A DNA stretch of 64,000 nucleotides, from positions 160,001 to 224,000 of the forward strand of contig CAVUKB010000005.1 of NCBI GenBank assembly GCA_963741955.1, written 5' to 3'. This stretch comes from an uncultured Acidobacteriota bacterium (lineage in GTDB: Bacteria > Acidobacteriota > Thermoanaerobaculia > Gp7-AA8). Under the pieces are notes generated by a model. The model was not told the DNA's origin and made no database searches. It saw only the letters and a list, made by a program, of their open reading frames with translations. The position numbers and the translations under genes are program-made. Shown here piece after piece: positions 1 to 9,120 of the stretch (its first letter is position 1; each line of letters begins with the position of its first letter).

Positions 1-447
1 TTCGGTGACGACGGGACCTCTTCCTACACGCCGATCGTCTCGCCGGTCCGGCTCCACTACCCGGAAAGGCCGGAGTACTTTGCGCTCGAGGCCCGCAAGC
101 CCGACCAGATGAATTACGCGCAGCTCCGGCATTACATTCAGACTCTCAAGTCCTCCGGGTATTCGTCGGACGAGCTCTCCGTGAAGTTGTACGAGAAAAC
201 GTCGTGGCCGTTCATCAGCCTGGTGATGGCGCTGATCGCCCTCCCCTTCTCATTCAGGATCGGGAAGCGGGGCGCGCTCTACGGGATCGGAATCGCGCTC
301 TTCCTCGCGTTCATCTATTGGACGATCTTCGGAGTCTTCACCAAGTTCGGCGAGGTGGGCAACTTTCCGGCGATACTGTCCGCCTGGAGCGCCAACATCC
401 TCTTCGGCCTGGCCGCGGTCTACCTCTTCCTTCGAGTCGAGACCTGA
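1..447 (+). CDS. LptF/LptG family LPS export permease, C-terminal part (5' truncated by window edge)
   Basis: Frame open from base 1; 'MNYAQLRHYI...LYEKTSWPF...LALPF' followed by three TM helices ending 'AWSANILF', typical of the LptF/G C-terminus. Confidence 0.85.
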   Translation, partial: FGDDGTSSYTPIVSPVRLHYPERPEYFALEARKPDQMNYAQLRHYIQTLKSSGYSSDELSVKLYEKTSWPFISLVMALIALPFSFRIGKRGALYGIGIALFLAFIYWTIFGVFTKFGEVGNFPAILSAWSANILFGLAAVYLFLRVET

Positions 448-518
448 CCCCTTTTCCGGAGACATGACCCTGCATCTGGAGATCTGACCCCGCTTCTGGA
501 GACGTGACCCTGCAGGAG
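439..518. repeat. Four tandem degenerate 20-bp repeats (GAGAYNTGACCCYN...)
   Basis: Units start at 439, 459, 479 and 499, between convergent genes. Confidence 0.8.
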
Positions 519-540
519 GATGGTCGAATTGCGGGCCCGT

Positions 541-2100
541 TCAGACCGCCTGGACGATGACCGGATTCAGTCCCGGCCACTTCGCGAGATACTCGCGCCG
601 CTCCCGGGCGTACTTCTCGACCAGCTTCCGGTATTCCTCGATTCTCCCCTGCCGCTCGTACATCTTCTTCGGCTGGAGGTAATCGGAGTCGTCGATCCCC
701 GGGACGACCGTGGCGACGTCGTACCCGAAGTCTTCGTCCCGCGTCCATTCGATGGTTCCTTCGGCGATCGCCTTCACCACCGCGCTGGAGTGCTGGATCT
801 TCACCTTCTTCGAGCGCTCGTCGTTCTCCCCTCCGCCGATCCGTCCCGTGTTGAGAAGGAAGACCTGCATCGGGCTGTTCTCGAGGAGCTCCAGCATCCG
901 GTTCCCCTGAAACGCGTGGAGCAGAGGGAAGAACGGATTGGTGCCGGGCACCCGGAGCGATTTCCCTGCTTCGGCGGCTCCGCCGGCGCTGGTTCCCTTC
1001 GTCTCACCGAGCATGAAGAACGCCGCCGCCTGAGCCCCTTCCAGCCGTGCCACTGTGGGAATGATGTTCTCGTTGCGGTTGAGGATGAGGAGGAAATCGG
1101 CCTTCGACATCTCCCGGGCATCTCCTGCACCCTGAATGTCGGCCATCCGGATCACCGCGCGTCCGTTCTGGGTGTAGGAGGTGTCGAAGAAATCGACCTT
1201 CCCCTCCTCGTCCTGTGACACGTTCTCCAGATACGCGTGCGGTGACGTGCACGCGCGATAGATGGTCGGCTCGTCCGCCTCGCTCAGACCGAACGTCTTC
1301 GCGAAGCAGCCGTTCTCGGTGGCGTAGACCTTTCCTTCCGGCATCAGGCCGACGAAGTCGTCCTGCACCGGCTGGGAGTCGTTCTGTTTCGTGAACGTGG
1401 TGGTCGTCTTTCCGGTCCCGGAGAGGCCGACGATCAGGAGCACCTTCTTTTCGTCGCCCACCGGGATGATCTTGCAGCCGGCATGAAGAGCGAGCCCCCC
1501 GCGCTCGTAGACCAGGCGGTTCCACATCCGGAGCCCGCCCTTCTTCGATTCGCCGAAGTAGTCGGAGTTGAAGACGCGGGTGACGTTGTTCTCGAGGTCG
1601 ACCGCGATGAGACGGTCGTCGGGATATCCGGGCATCGGAAGATTCGGCGTGTAGATCACCGTCAGCTGGGGCTCGAATCGATCGCGATCCGCTTCGCTCG
1701 CCGGGTAATAGAGGATCTGCTGCATCGCGGCGATGTTGGCGTTCGCCGTCTCGATGATCAGGCGGGCAGCGACGCGAAACGACGGATCGTTGCCGATGAA
1801 CCCGTCGATCACCACCATTTCACGATCCCGAATGTACTCGTCCTGGATCGCCGAGACGCGGTCGAACTCCGCGCGGGGCATGGTCTGGTCGGAATGACGG
1901 GATGGGTCGTCCGTGGCGATGTACGTCGAGAGCTTGCTCCGCGAGACCACTCGGGTGCCGACGTTCAGGTTTCCGAATTCGGTCTCTCTCGCATTCGGCA
2001 TGGCGGAGGCCATCTGACGCAGCTCTTCGCGCGTCGGATTCCACACCACGTTCCTCGGGGTCACGGGAAGCTTCTTCGATTCGGTTGCCAGTTCGCTCAT
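541..2100 (-). CDS. pckA: Phosphoenolpyruvate carboxykinase (ATP)
   Basis: YFGESKKG, LHAGC, GLSGTGKTT P-loop, QDD, ENGCFAK, TQNGRA, NTG motifs; GAGGAG RBS before ATG 2100. Confidence 0.9.
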   Translation of the reverse strand: MSELATESKKLPVTPRNVVWNPTREELRQMASAMPNARETEFGNLNVGTRVVSRSKLSTYIATDDPSRHSDQTMPRAEFDRVSAIQDEYIRDREMVVIDGFIGNDPSFRVAARLIIETANANIAAMQQILYYPASEADRDRFEPQLTVIYTPNLPMPGYPDDRLIAVDLENNVTRVFNSDYFGESKKGGLRMWNRLVYERGGLALHAGCKIIPVGDEKKVLLIVGLSGTGKTTTTFTKQNDSQPVQDDFVGLMPEGKVYATENGCFAKTFGLSEADEPTIYRACTSPHAYLENVSQDEEGKVDFFDTSYTQNGRAVIRMADIQGAGDAREMSKADFLLILNRNENIIPTVARLEGAQAAAFFMLGETKGTSAGGAAEAGKSLRVPGTNPFFPLLHAFQGNRMLELLENSPMQVFLLNTGRIGGGENDERSKKVKIQHSSAVVKAIAEGTIEWTRDEDFGYDVATVVPGIDDSDYLQPKKMYERQGRIEEYRKLVEKYARERREYLAKWPGLNPVIVQAV

Positions 2101-2481
2101 GAACTCCTCATCTTTCGTCGGTCTCATGGTGGCGCTCGACATCTCTCGTTCGACCCGGGTCCTCACGGCGGCGCCGGCCGTTGCTGTGTGCGGAGTCGAG
2201 GTGAATGAGTTCGTTTGCAAAGCCTGAACCGTCGACAGCGAAGGAACTGGCCCGCCTGAACCCGTATCCGTCCGGAGACGGCCTCCGGGCCGATGCGCGC
2301 CACGCTCGGAATCACGACACCACCAGGGAAAAAGCGTCCGGCGGGACGGGACGCTCCGCTGCGAACGAGGCTCCTGCAAGCCTCCAACTCCCTACTTCTT
2401 TTAAACGATCGGACTCTTCGGGTCAAGTCGGCTGCTCGCCGGGACTTCTCTTTTTCACGTTCGCCAGTACAATGACGCCCA

Positions 2482-3483
2482 ATGAGCGATTCGGAAAAGT
2501 CGGCCGCCGCAGAGGCCATGACGCATCCCTCGATTCTGGAGGCCCGTCGCGTCCTGGAAGTCGAATCGGCCGCCATTCTCGGGCTCATCGATGGGCTCGA
2601 CGACCAGTTCGTCGGCGCCGTCGAGCTGATCCGAGGCTCCACCGGACGCGTCGTCACCATGGGGATGGGGAAGTCGGGAATCATCTGCAAGAAGATCAGC
2701 GCAACTCTCGCCTCGACCGGCACCCCTTCGCATTTTCTCCACCCCGCCGAAGCGATCCACGGCGATCTCGGGATGATCGTCCGCGGAGACGTGGTCCTGG
2801 CCGTCTCCAACTCCGGAGAAACGGAAGAGATCGTCCGGCTGATCGAAGTGATCAAACGACTCGGCGTGACGTTGATCTCGATCACCGGAAACGCGCGGTC
2901 GACGCTCGCACGTAATTCCGATTTCCACCTCTCCGCCGCGATCTCTCGCGAAGCCTGTCCGCTCGGCCTCGCTCCGACCGCATCGACGACCGCGACTCTG
3001 GCGCTCGGCGACGCCCTGGCGATGGCCCTCCTGATCCGGAAGGGATTTCGCGAAGAGGATTTCGCGATCCTCCATCCCGGAGGCAAGCTCGGCAAGAGAT
3101 TTCTCAAGGTCAGTGACCTGATGCACACCGGAGACGATGTTCCGTCCGTGCCTCTCGACGCGCCGATGCGGGACGTGATCTACGAAATGTCGAAGAAGAG
3201 TTTCGGCATCACCGCAGTGGTGGAGAATGGCGCGAAGCTCGTCGGGGTGATCTCCGACGGCGACCTCCGCCGCCTCCTGCAGAGCGATGACGAGGTGATC
3301 CGCCTGACGGCCGGCGAAGCGATGAAGGAGCATCCCCTCACCATCGCCGGAGGCGCGCTCGCGTCTGCCGCACTTCAGATCATGGAGAATCGCAAAATCA
3401 CATCGCTCTTCATCACCACCGAGGAAGGAGCGCTCGAGGGAATCGTTCACCTTCACGATCTCTGGGGCCTGGAGCTCTTCTGA
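2482..3483 (+). CDS. kdsD: Arabinose-5-phosphate isomerase (KpsF/GutQ; SIS + 2 CBS)
   Basis: GMGKSG, HPAEAIHGDLG, SNSGET, EACPLGLAPTAST, HPGGKLG. Confidence 0.95.
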   Translation: MSDSEKSAAAEAMTHPSILEARRVLEVESAAILGLIDGLDDQFVGAVELIRGSTGRVVTMGMGKSGIICKKISATLASTGTPSHFLHPAEAIHGDLGMIVRGDVVLAVSNSGETEEIVRLIEVIKRLGVTLISITGNARSTLARNSDFHLSAAISREACPLGLAPTASTTATLALGDALAMALLIRKGFREEDFAILHPGGKLGKRFLKVSDLMHTGDDVPSVPLDAPMRDVIYEMSKKSFGITAVVENGAKLVGVISDGDLRRLLQSDDEVIRLTAGEAMKEHPLTIAGGALASAALQIMENRKITSLFITTEEGALEGIVHLHDLWGLELF

Positions 3484-3875
3484 TGACCGATATGAATTCA
3501 GCGGATTCGTCACGGCAGGAAACAGTACTCAGGTTTCGAGACGGAAGCACCGAACGGCTGACCGGAGTTCTTTCGATCGATCGCGAAGAGCAGGTCGTAT
3601 CGGTCGAGGCGGGCGACTCGCCGAGGCCGATCCCCTTCTCCAGTTTGAAGGCGGTCTTCTTCCTCCGGTCCGGTACGGAATCGGCACTCGAGCCCCCCGA
3701 GGGGGGAATCACCCTCTCGGTCGAGTTCGACGACGGCGAAGTCATCCGCGGAGTTTCCCCCGATTACTCTCCTCAGCGGTCGGGGTTCTTTCTGGTACCT
3801 TTCGATCGGAGCAAAACCGATTCGATTTTTGTTGTGAACTCCGCGATTGTTTCGATCGAGATCGAAAAATTCTGA
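3483..3875 (+). CDS. Hypothetical protein (resembles DUF6982-type proteins)
   Basis: Overlaps kdsD stop; 'LKAVFF...VEFDDGEVIRG...GFFLVP' pattern. Confidence 0.65.
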   Translation: MTDMNSADSSRQETVLRFRDGSTERLTGVLSIDREEQVVSVEAGDSPRPIPFSSLKAVFFLRSGTESALEPPEGGITLSVEFDDGEVIRGVSPDYSPQRSGFFLVPFDRSKTDSIFVVNSAIVSIEIEKF

Positions 3876-3924
3876 CGATCGACCACGGCCTCCCTTCGGA
3901 GCCGTGGCTCATGACACGGGTGAC

Positions 3925-4542
3925 ATGAAGAAACTCCTCTTTTCATCAATTCTGTTGTTCGCTCTTCCCTTCTCCCTTTTTGCGGACGAGCTTGCGAACA
4001 TCGACGCCGCTCTCAGGAGCGCGGCGGGGCTGACCGCCTCGTTTACCCAGAAGTTCACACCGAAGGGATTTCACCACGTCCAGATCGAGAAGGGTGACGT
4101 CGTCTTCGGCGCTCCGCCGAAGATGCGGTGGACCTACCGGACGCCGGAGAAGAAAGTGTTCGTCTTCGACGGCGAGACTTCCTGGTCCTACGTCCCGGAG
4201 GAGCGACAGGTGACGGTGACCCATGTTGGCGAGGCGCAGAGGAAAGAGATCCCGTTTCTCCTCCTCGCCGATTCGGCGACTGCCAGCCGCCAGTTCGAGG
4301 TCTCTGAGTCGCGTTCGGGCGAAGGGATCACCACTCGCCTCGTCGCGAAGGATCCCGGAGCGATGATCCGGAACGTCGCGATCATTTCCGACCCGAAGAG
4401 CCACCGGGTCAGCCGTCTCGAATACGACGACCGCCAGGGGAATCACACCGTTTTCGAATTCTCCGGCTACCGGGACGTGAAGCCGGGTAACGATGCGTTC
4501 GACTTCGTCCCGCCGGCCGGTGTCGAGGTGGTCCGCAACTGA
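3925..4542 (+). CDS. lolA: Outer-membrane lipoprotein carrier protein
   Basis: Signal peptide MKKLLF..., 'ASFTQ...PPKMRWTY...FDG...D.QGN', C-terminal FDFVPPAGVEV. Confidence 0.9.
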   Translation: MKKLLFSSILLFALPFSLFADELANIDAALRSAAGLTASFTQKFTPKGFHHVQIEKGDVVFGAPPKMRWTYRTPEKKVFVFDGETSWSYVPEERQVTVTHVGEAQRKEIPFLLLADSATASRQFEVSESRSGEGITTRLVAKDPGAMIRNVAIISDPKSHRVSRLEYDDRQGNHTVFEFSGYRDVKPGNDAFDFVPPAGVEVVRN

Positions 4543-4583
4543 GAAATGCCGCCATGTTCGGCGGCGAGAGCACAGGAGATTGA

Positions 4584-5078
4584 ATGGCGCAGGAATTTTC
4601 GTTCGACGTCGTATCGAAGACCGACATGCAGGAAGTCTCGAATGCCATCCAGCAGGCGAAGAAGGAGCTCGCCAACCGCTTCGACTTCAAAGGGAGCAAG
4701 TCGGAGATCGAGCTGAAGGCCGACGAGATCGTCCTGGTCAGCGACGATGCACAGAAGCTCAAGAGCGTTCGGGACATCCTGGAAGACAAGCTCGTGAAAC
4801 GGAAGGTCGCGCTCAAGGCCATCGACTATCAGAAGGTCGACGACGCTGCGCTCGGCACAGTCCGTCAGGCTGCGAAGATCGTTCAAGGCATCGAGTCGGA
4901 GAAGGCGAAGGCGATCGTCAAAGCCATCAAGGACCAGAAGCTGAAGGTTCAGGCTTCGATTCAGGGCGATCAGGTCCGGATCGTCGGGAAGAGCAAGGAT
5001 CAGCTCCAGACCGCGATTCAGCTCATCCGCGACCATGATTTCGGCATCCCGCTGCAGTTCATCAACTATCGTGGTTGA
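4584..5078 (+). CDS. yajQ: YajQ family nucleotide/c-di-GMP-binding protein
   Basis: SFDVVS, RFDFKGS, QASIQGDQVR, LQFINYR. Confidence 0.95.
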   Translation: MAQEFSFDVVSKTDMQEVSNAIQQAKKELANRFDFKGSKSEIELKADEIVLVSDDAQKLKSVRDILEDKLVKRKVALKAIDYQKVDDAALGTVRQAAKIVQGIESEKAKAIVKAIKDQKLKVQASIQGDQVRIVGKSKDQLQTAIQLIRDHDFGIPLQFINYRG

Positions 5079-5090
5079 TCCGTTCGAGCA

Positions 5091-6173
5091 ATGGGGGACG
5101 GATCGGGAGAGGTCGCGCTTTTCACCGTCCCGCGAATCCGGTATTCTTCCGCGGTGACCATCCCAGGCGCAGGCATATCGGCCGCGAACCAGACCGCCAG
5201 TCGAATCGAACGCTATCTCGACATCGTCGCGCCCAAGCTTCTGCAGGTTGAAGAGGAGCTTCGGAAGAAATTCGATTCCGACGTGCTGACGATCCGGGAA
5301 GTCGGTGACCACGTTCTCGAAGGCGGAGGAAAGCGTCTTCGCCCCATGCTCGTCCTTCTCGTCTCCGACATGCTCGGGTACGAAGGTTCGCGCGACATCA
5401 CGTTCGCCGCGGTGATCGAATTCATCCACACCGCCACTCTCGTCCACGACGACATCATCGACGAGGCGGCGGTCCGCCGTGGCAAGACTTCCGTCAACTA
5501 CCGCTGGGGCAACCACCTCACGGTCCTGATCGGCGACTTCCTCTACGCCCACGCGATGGACATCGGTCTCGAGGACGGAGGGGTGGACGTTCTCCGACTC
5601 CTGTCGAAGGTCACCATCCGCATGACCGAGGGAGAGATCCTCGGGCTGGAAAGAAACGGTCGCGCCGACCTCACCCTGGACGACTATTTCGACATCGTCG
5701 AACGCAAGACTGCGGCTCTTTTCGCCGCCAGCTGCCGCATCGGCGCACTTCTCACCAAGGAGTCGGAGGACGTCGGCCGGCGCCTCTGGGACTACGGCCT
5801 GAATCTCGGCATTTGCTTCCAGCTCGTCGACGACCTTCTCGATTTCACCTCCAGCACGGAGGTCCTCGGGAAGCCGGTCCTCGCCGATCTGAAGGAAGGG
5901 AAGCTCACCCTTCCACTGATTCTCGCGCTTCCGCAGGCCACACCCGAAGAACGGCAGATGATCGAGCGCGTGCTGTCGGAGAAGACTTTCGGCGATCTCG
6001 ATCCGACCGACATCGTCTCGATCGCGAACCGATACGGATCGATCGACGAAACGCGCGTGATCGCACGGGAGTACGCGGATCGTGCGCGGGAGGCGATCTC
6101 CATCTTCCCCTCCTCGCGTTCGCTGGAAGCGCTGGAATGGGCAGTCGATTTCGTTCTGAGTCGCGACCGCTGA
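5091..6173 (+). CDS. Long-chain polyprenyl diphosphate synthase (IspB/HepT-like); start uncertain
   Basis: GGKRLRP, first Asp-rich motif HDDIID..RRG, KTA, second motif FQLVDDLLD, DLKEGK. Confidence 0.9.
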   Translation: MGDGSGEVALFTVPRIRYSSAVTIPGAGISAANQTASRIERYLDIVAPKLLQVEEELRKKFDSDVLTIREVGDHVLEGGGKRLRPMLVLLVSDMLGYEGSRDITFAAVIEFIHTATLVHDDIIDEAAVRRGKTSVNYRWGNHLTVLIGDFLYAHAMDIGLEDGGVDVLRLLSKVTIRMTEGEILGLERNGRADLTLDDYFDIVERKTAALFAASCRIGALLTKESEDVGRRLWDYGLNLGICFQLVDDLLDFTSSTEVLGKPVLADLKEGKLTLPLILALPQATPEERQMIERVLSEKTFGDLDPTDIVSIANRYGSIDETRVIAREYADRAREAISIFPSSRSLEALEWAVDFVLSRDR

Positions 6174-6185
6174 CGCGCTTCATCC

Positions 6186-6214
6186 TTGACCCCGCCGGGC
6201 AAGCACCTTAAGAT
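6186..6214 (+). promoter_or_regulatory. Putative sigma70 promoter for TPR-coaD
   Basis: TTGACC-17 nt-TAAGAT. Confidence 0.55.
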
Positions 6215-6259
6215 ATTCGCAGTCAACGATTAGTCTGAACGCTGGGGAGGGTGTGACGG

Positions 6260-6640
6260 ATGCAGCGTGAAGCCGGTCAATCGAGCGTGTCCACGGGTCG
6301 CCGCCTTCTCTCGGCTCTGCTGACCCACCTGCCGGGCGCGTGGATTCAACCCTCCAATCGGGAGCTCAAGTCGCTCTATCGCGTGCACTACGAGCGCGCG
6401 CTCGCGGAGCAGCGCTACGACTCAGCGATGATCTTCCTCAACAAGATGCTGGAAGCCGATCCGCACGATCTCGAAGCGCGCCTCCTGGTCGGAGAGCTGT
6501 ACCACCGGCATCTTCACGACTACGATCGCGCAGTCGAGCAGTACAACAAAGTCCTGCGTCTCACCTCGGGTGTCCGCTCGTCGCCGATTCACACGCGTGC
6601 GCGGGTCTCGCTCTCCGAGCTGATCGAACTGCTGAGTTGA
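6260..6640 (+). CDS. Small TPR-repeat protein
   Basis: TPR-like pattern 'YDSAMIFLNKMLEADPHD...YDRAVEQYNKVL'; GGGAGG RBS. Confidence 0.75.
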   Translation: MQREAGQSSVSTGRRLLSALLTHLPGAWIQPSNRELKSLYRVHYERALAEQRYDSAMIFLNKMLEADPHDLEARLLVGELYHRHLHDYDRAVEQYNKVLRLTSGVRSSPIHTRARVSLSELIELLS

Positions 6641-6654
6641 GCTACCATTCCGGA

Positions 6655-7131
6655 ATGCGAACTGCCGTCTATCCCGGCTCCTTCGATCCGATCACCTTCG
6701 GACACCTCGACATCATCCGCCGCGGCACGCGAATGTTCGACCGAGTGGTGGTGGCAGTGCTGCAGAACGAAGAGAAGCGGGCCCTCTTCCCGGTCGGGGA
6801 ACGGATCGAGATGATCCGCGAGTCCACCGCGGACCTTCCGCAGGTGGACATCCAGCACTTCAGCGGCCTCCTGGTCAACTTCATGAAGACCATCGACGCG
6901 CACGTGGTGGTGCGAGGCATCCGAGCGGTCTCCGATTTCGAATACGAGTTCCAGATGGCACTCATGAATCGAGCTCTCGCTCCGGAAGTGGAGACCATCT
7001 TCATGATGCCGGCGGTCGAGTACACGTATGTCTCCTCGCGGCTGGTGAAGGAAGTGTTCCGGCTCGGAGGAAACGTCGAGCACCTCGTCCCCGCGCACGT
7101 TCTCGCCCGGATGAAGGAAAAGTTCGCCTGA
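6655..7131 (+). CDS. coaD: Phosphopantetheine adenylyltransferase
   Basis: AVYPGSFDPITFGHLD, RGIRAVSDFEYE, VSSRLVKE. Confidence 0.97.
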   Translation: MRTAVYPGSFDPITFGHLDIIRRGTRMFDRVVVAVLQNEEKRALFPVGERIEMIRESTADLPQVDIQHFSGLLVNFMKTIDAHVVVRGIRAVSDFEYEFQMALMNRALAPEVETIFMMPAVEYTYVSSRLVKEVFRLGGNVEHLVPAHVLARMKEKFA

Positions 7132-7143
7132 GCGCGCGGCTGA

Positions 7144-8130
7144 TCAGATCCCGCGGAGGGTCGGATCGAGCGCTTCCCGGAACCGGTCGCCGATGAGGTG
7201 ACAGGCGGCGACGGTCAGGAAGATCGCGACGCCGGGGAAGAGTGCCAGCCACCACGCGTGACCGACGAACTGGTTCGCCGCGGAGAGAATGCTTCCCCAC
7301 GACGGCATCGGCAGAGGAACTCCGAATCCGAGGAACGAGAGGGCCGATTCCACCAGAATCGCGGATGCGACTCCGAAGCTCGCGGAGACGACCACCGGCG
7401 CGAGCGCGTTCGGCAGGATGTGCCGGAACATGATCCGTACGTCCCCTGCGCCGGTCGCCCTCGCCGCCTGCGCAAATTCCATCTCCCGCACCTTCAGGAA
7501 CTCTCCTCGTATGAATCGCGCCTCGTTCGGCCATCCGGTGATCCCCAGTGCAATGACGATGGTCAGTACCGAAGGCCGCATCAGGGCCACGATCGCCAGC
7601 ACCAGCACGAGCAGAGGGAAACAGAGGACGATCTCGATCAGCCGCGAGATGATCCAGTCCACTCCCCCGCCGTAGTAGCCTGCAAGGGATCCAAGGAGAA
7701 TTCCAACCAGCAGCGCGATTGCCGTCGCACAGACACCGACCGTGACCGAGACCCGTGATCCGTGGATCATCCGTGACAGGACGTCCCGTCCCAGCTCGTC
7801 CGTCCCGAGCAGGTGACTCTTCGATGGAGGCTCGAGGCGCCGCGTGAGATCGATCGAATTCGGCGAGAACGGCACTGGAGCGTGCACCACCATCGCACCC
7901 GCCCCCGCCGATCGGACCAGCGCGTCGGCTGCCAGCCGGTTTCGCAGGAAAGGAAGAACCCATCCACTGCGCGTGTGCATCGCGAGCGGTTCGTCATTCG
8001 CCAGGAGAGGCGCGATGAGCGCGACGAGCACCAGAGCGGCGAGGTAGACCGCAGCGAGCCGCACCGCGACCCGCGACGCGCGGAATCCATAGTCGTTCAC
8101 CCCGAGCTCATCGGCTCTCGACGGGGTCAT
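7144..8130 (-). CDS. Peptide ABC transporter permease OppC/DppC
   Basis: HLLGTDELGRD, EAA-like loop AQAARATGA, RHILPN, ESALSFLG; ATGA overlap with upstream permease. Confidence 0.92.
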   Translation of the reverse strand: MTPSRADELGVNDYGFRASRVAVRLAAVYLAALVLVALIAPLLANDEPLAMHTRSGWVLPFLRNRLAADALVRSAGAGAMVVHAPVPFSPNSIDLTRRLEPPSKSHLLGTDELGRDVLSRMIHGSRVSVTVGVCATAIALLVGILLGSLAGYYGGGVDWIISRLIEIVLCFPLLVLVLAIVALMRPSVLTIVIALGITGWPNEARFIRGEFLKVREMEFAQAARATGAGDVRIMFRHILPNALAPVVVSASFGVASAILVESALSFLGFGVPLPMPSWGSILSAANQFVGHAWWLALFPGVAIFLTVAACHLIGDRFREALDPTLRGI

Positions 8131-9110
8131 GTCTCCATCACCCTGATTCTCGGATCCACCAGAGGATAGAGAAGATCGGTCACCAGGCTGGCGAGCAGCG
8201 TAATGACCGCGGTGACCACCGTCAGTCCCATCACCATCGGATAGTCGCGGGCGAGGATGGAGTCGAAGAAGAGGAGTCCCACCCCGTCCCACTGGAAGAT
8301 CCGCTCGATGACCACACTCCCTGAGATCAGGAACGGAATCGTCAATCCGAACAGCGAGATCATCGGAACCATGGCGTTGCTCAGCGCTTCCCGAAAGAGG
8401 AGACGCCACTCCCCCGCTCCTCTCGCGCGCGCCGCGGTGATGAACGGCTTCCGTACCACTTCTCCCACCACGGTCCTCGAGAATCGAATGAAGACCGCAA
8501 TCTGCACGTATGCGAGCGTCGTCACGGGGAGAATCAGATGCGTCACCCGATCCATGAAGCGCGCTCCGAACGAGAGCTGCAGGTAGTCCGGTGAGGTGAT
8601 CCCGTAGAGCGGAAGGATGTCGAGACGCATCGACAGAAGTTCCAGGAGGAGCACCGCGACCCAGAAGCTCGGAAGAGAATAGAGAACGAAAGAGAGAAGG
8701 CCCGTGAATCGGTCGAGCTTTCCGTGAGGTCGCGCCGCGCTCAGCACCCCGGCAGGAATGGCCACCGCCAGTGCGACCAGCAGAGCGAGAACGTTCAGCA
8801 GCACGGTATTCGGGAGTTTGTCCGCGATCCGGGCCATCACCGCTCTCCGGTCCGTGATCGACTCACCGAGGTCGAGAGTCGCGACGCCGCGGAACCACCG
8901 CCAGTACTGCGCCGGAAGCGGCTCATCGAGATGATAGCGGTGACGGATCGCTTCGATGACCCTGGGTGGCGCGGAGGACGAACGAATCCCGCCGAGGTAG
9001 AAAGAGACCGGATCTCCGGGGGCCGCGTGAATCATCACGAAGACCACCAGGGTGATGCCCCAGAAAGTGATCGCCGCGTAGGCGAGACGGCGGATGACGT
9101 AACCGAGCAT
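8127..9110 (-). CDS. Peptide ABC transporter permease OppB/DppB
   Basis: PGDP, DLGES, AARARG, IERIF.WDGVG, RDYP, DPRI. Confidence 0.92.
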   Translation of the reverse strand: MLGYVIRRLAYAAITFWGITLVVFVMIHAAPGDPVSFYLGGIRSSSAPPRVIEAIRHRYHLDEPLPAQYWRWFRGVATLDLGESITDRRAVMARIADKLPNTVLLNVLALLVALAVAIPAGVLSAARPHGKLDRFTGLLSFVLYSLPSFWVAVLLLELLSMRLDILPLYGITSPDYLQLSFGARFMDRVTHLILPVTTLAYVQIAVFIRFSRTVVGEVVRKPFITAARARGAGEWRLLFREALSNAMVPMISLFGLTIPFLISGSVVIERIFQWDGVGLLFFDSILARDYPMVMGLTVVTAVITLLASLVTDLLYPLVDPRIRVMET

Positions 9111-9120
9111 CGCAGCCGGC

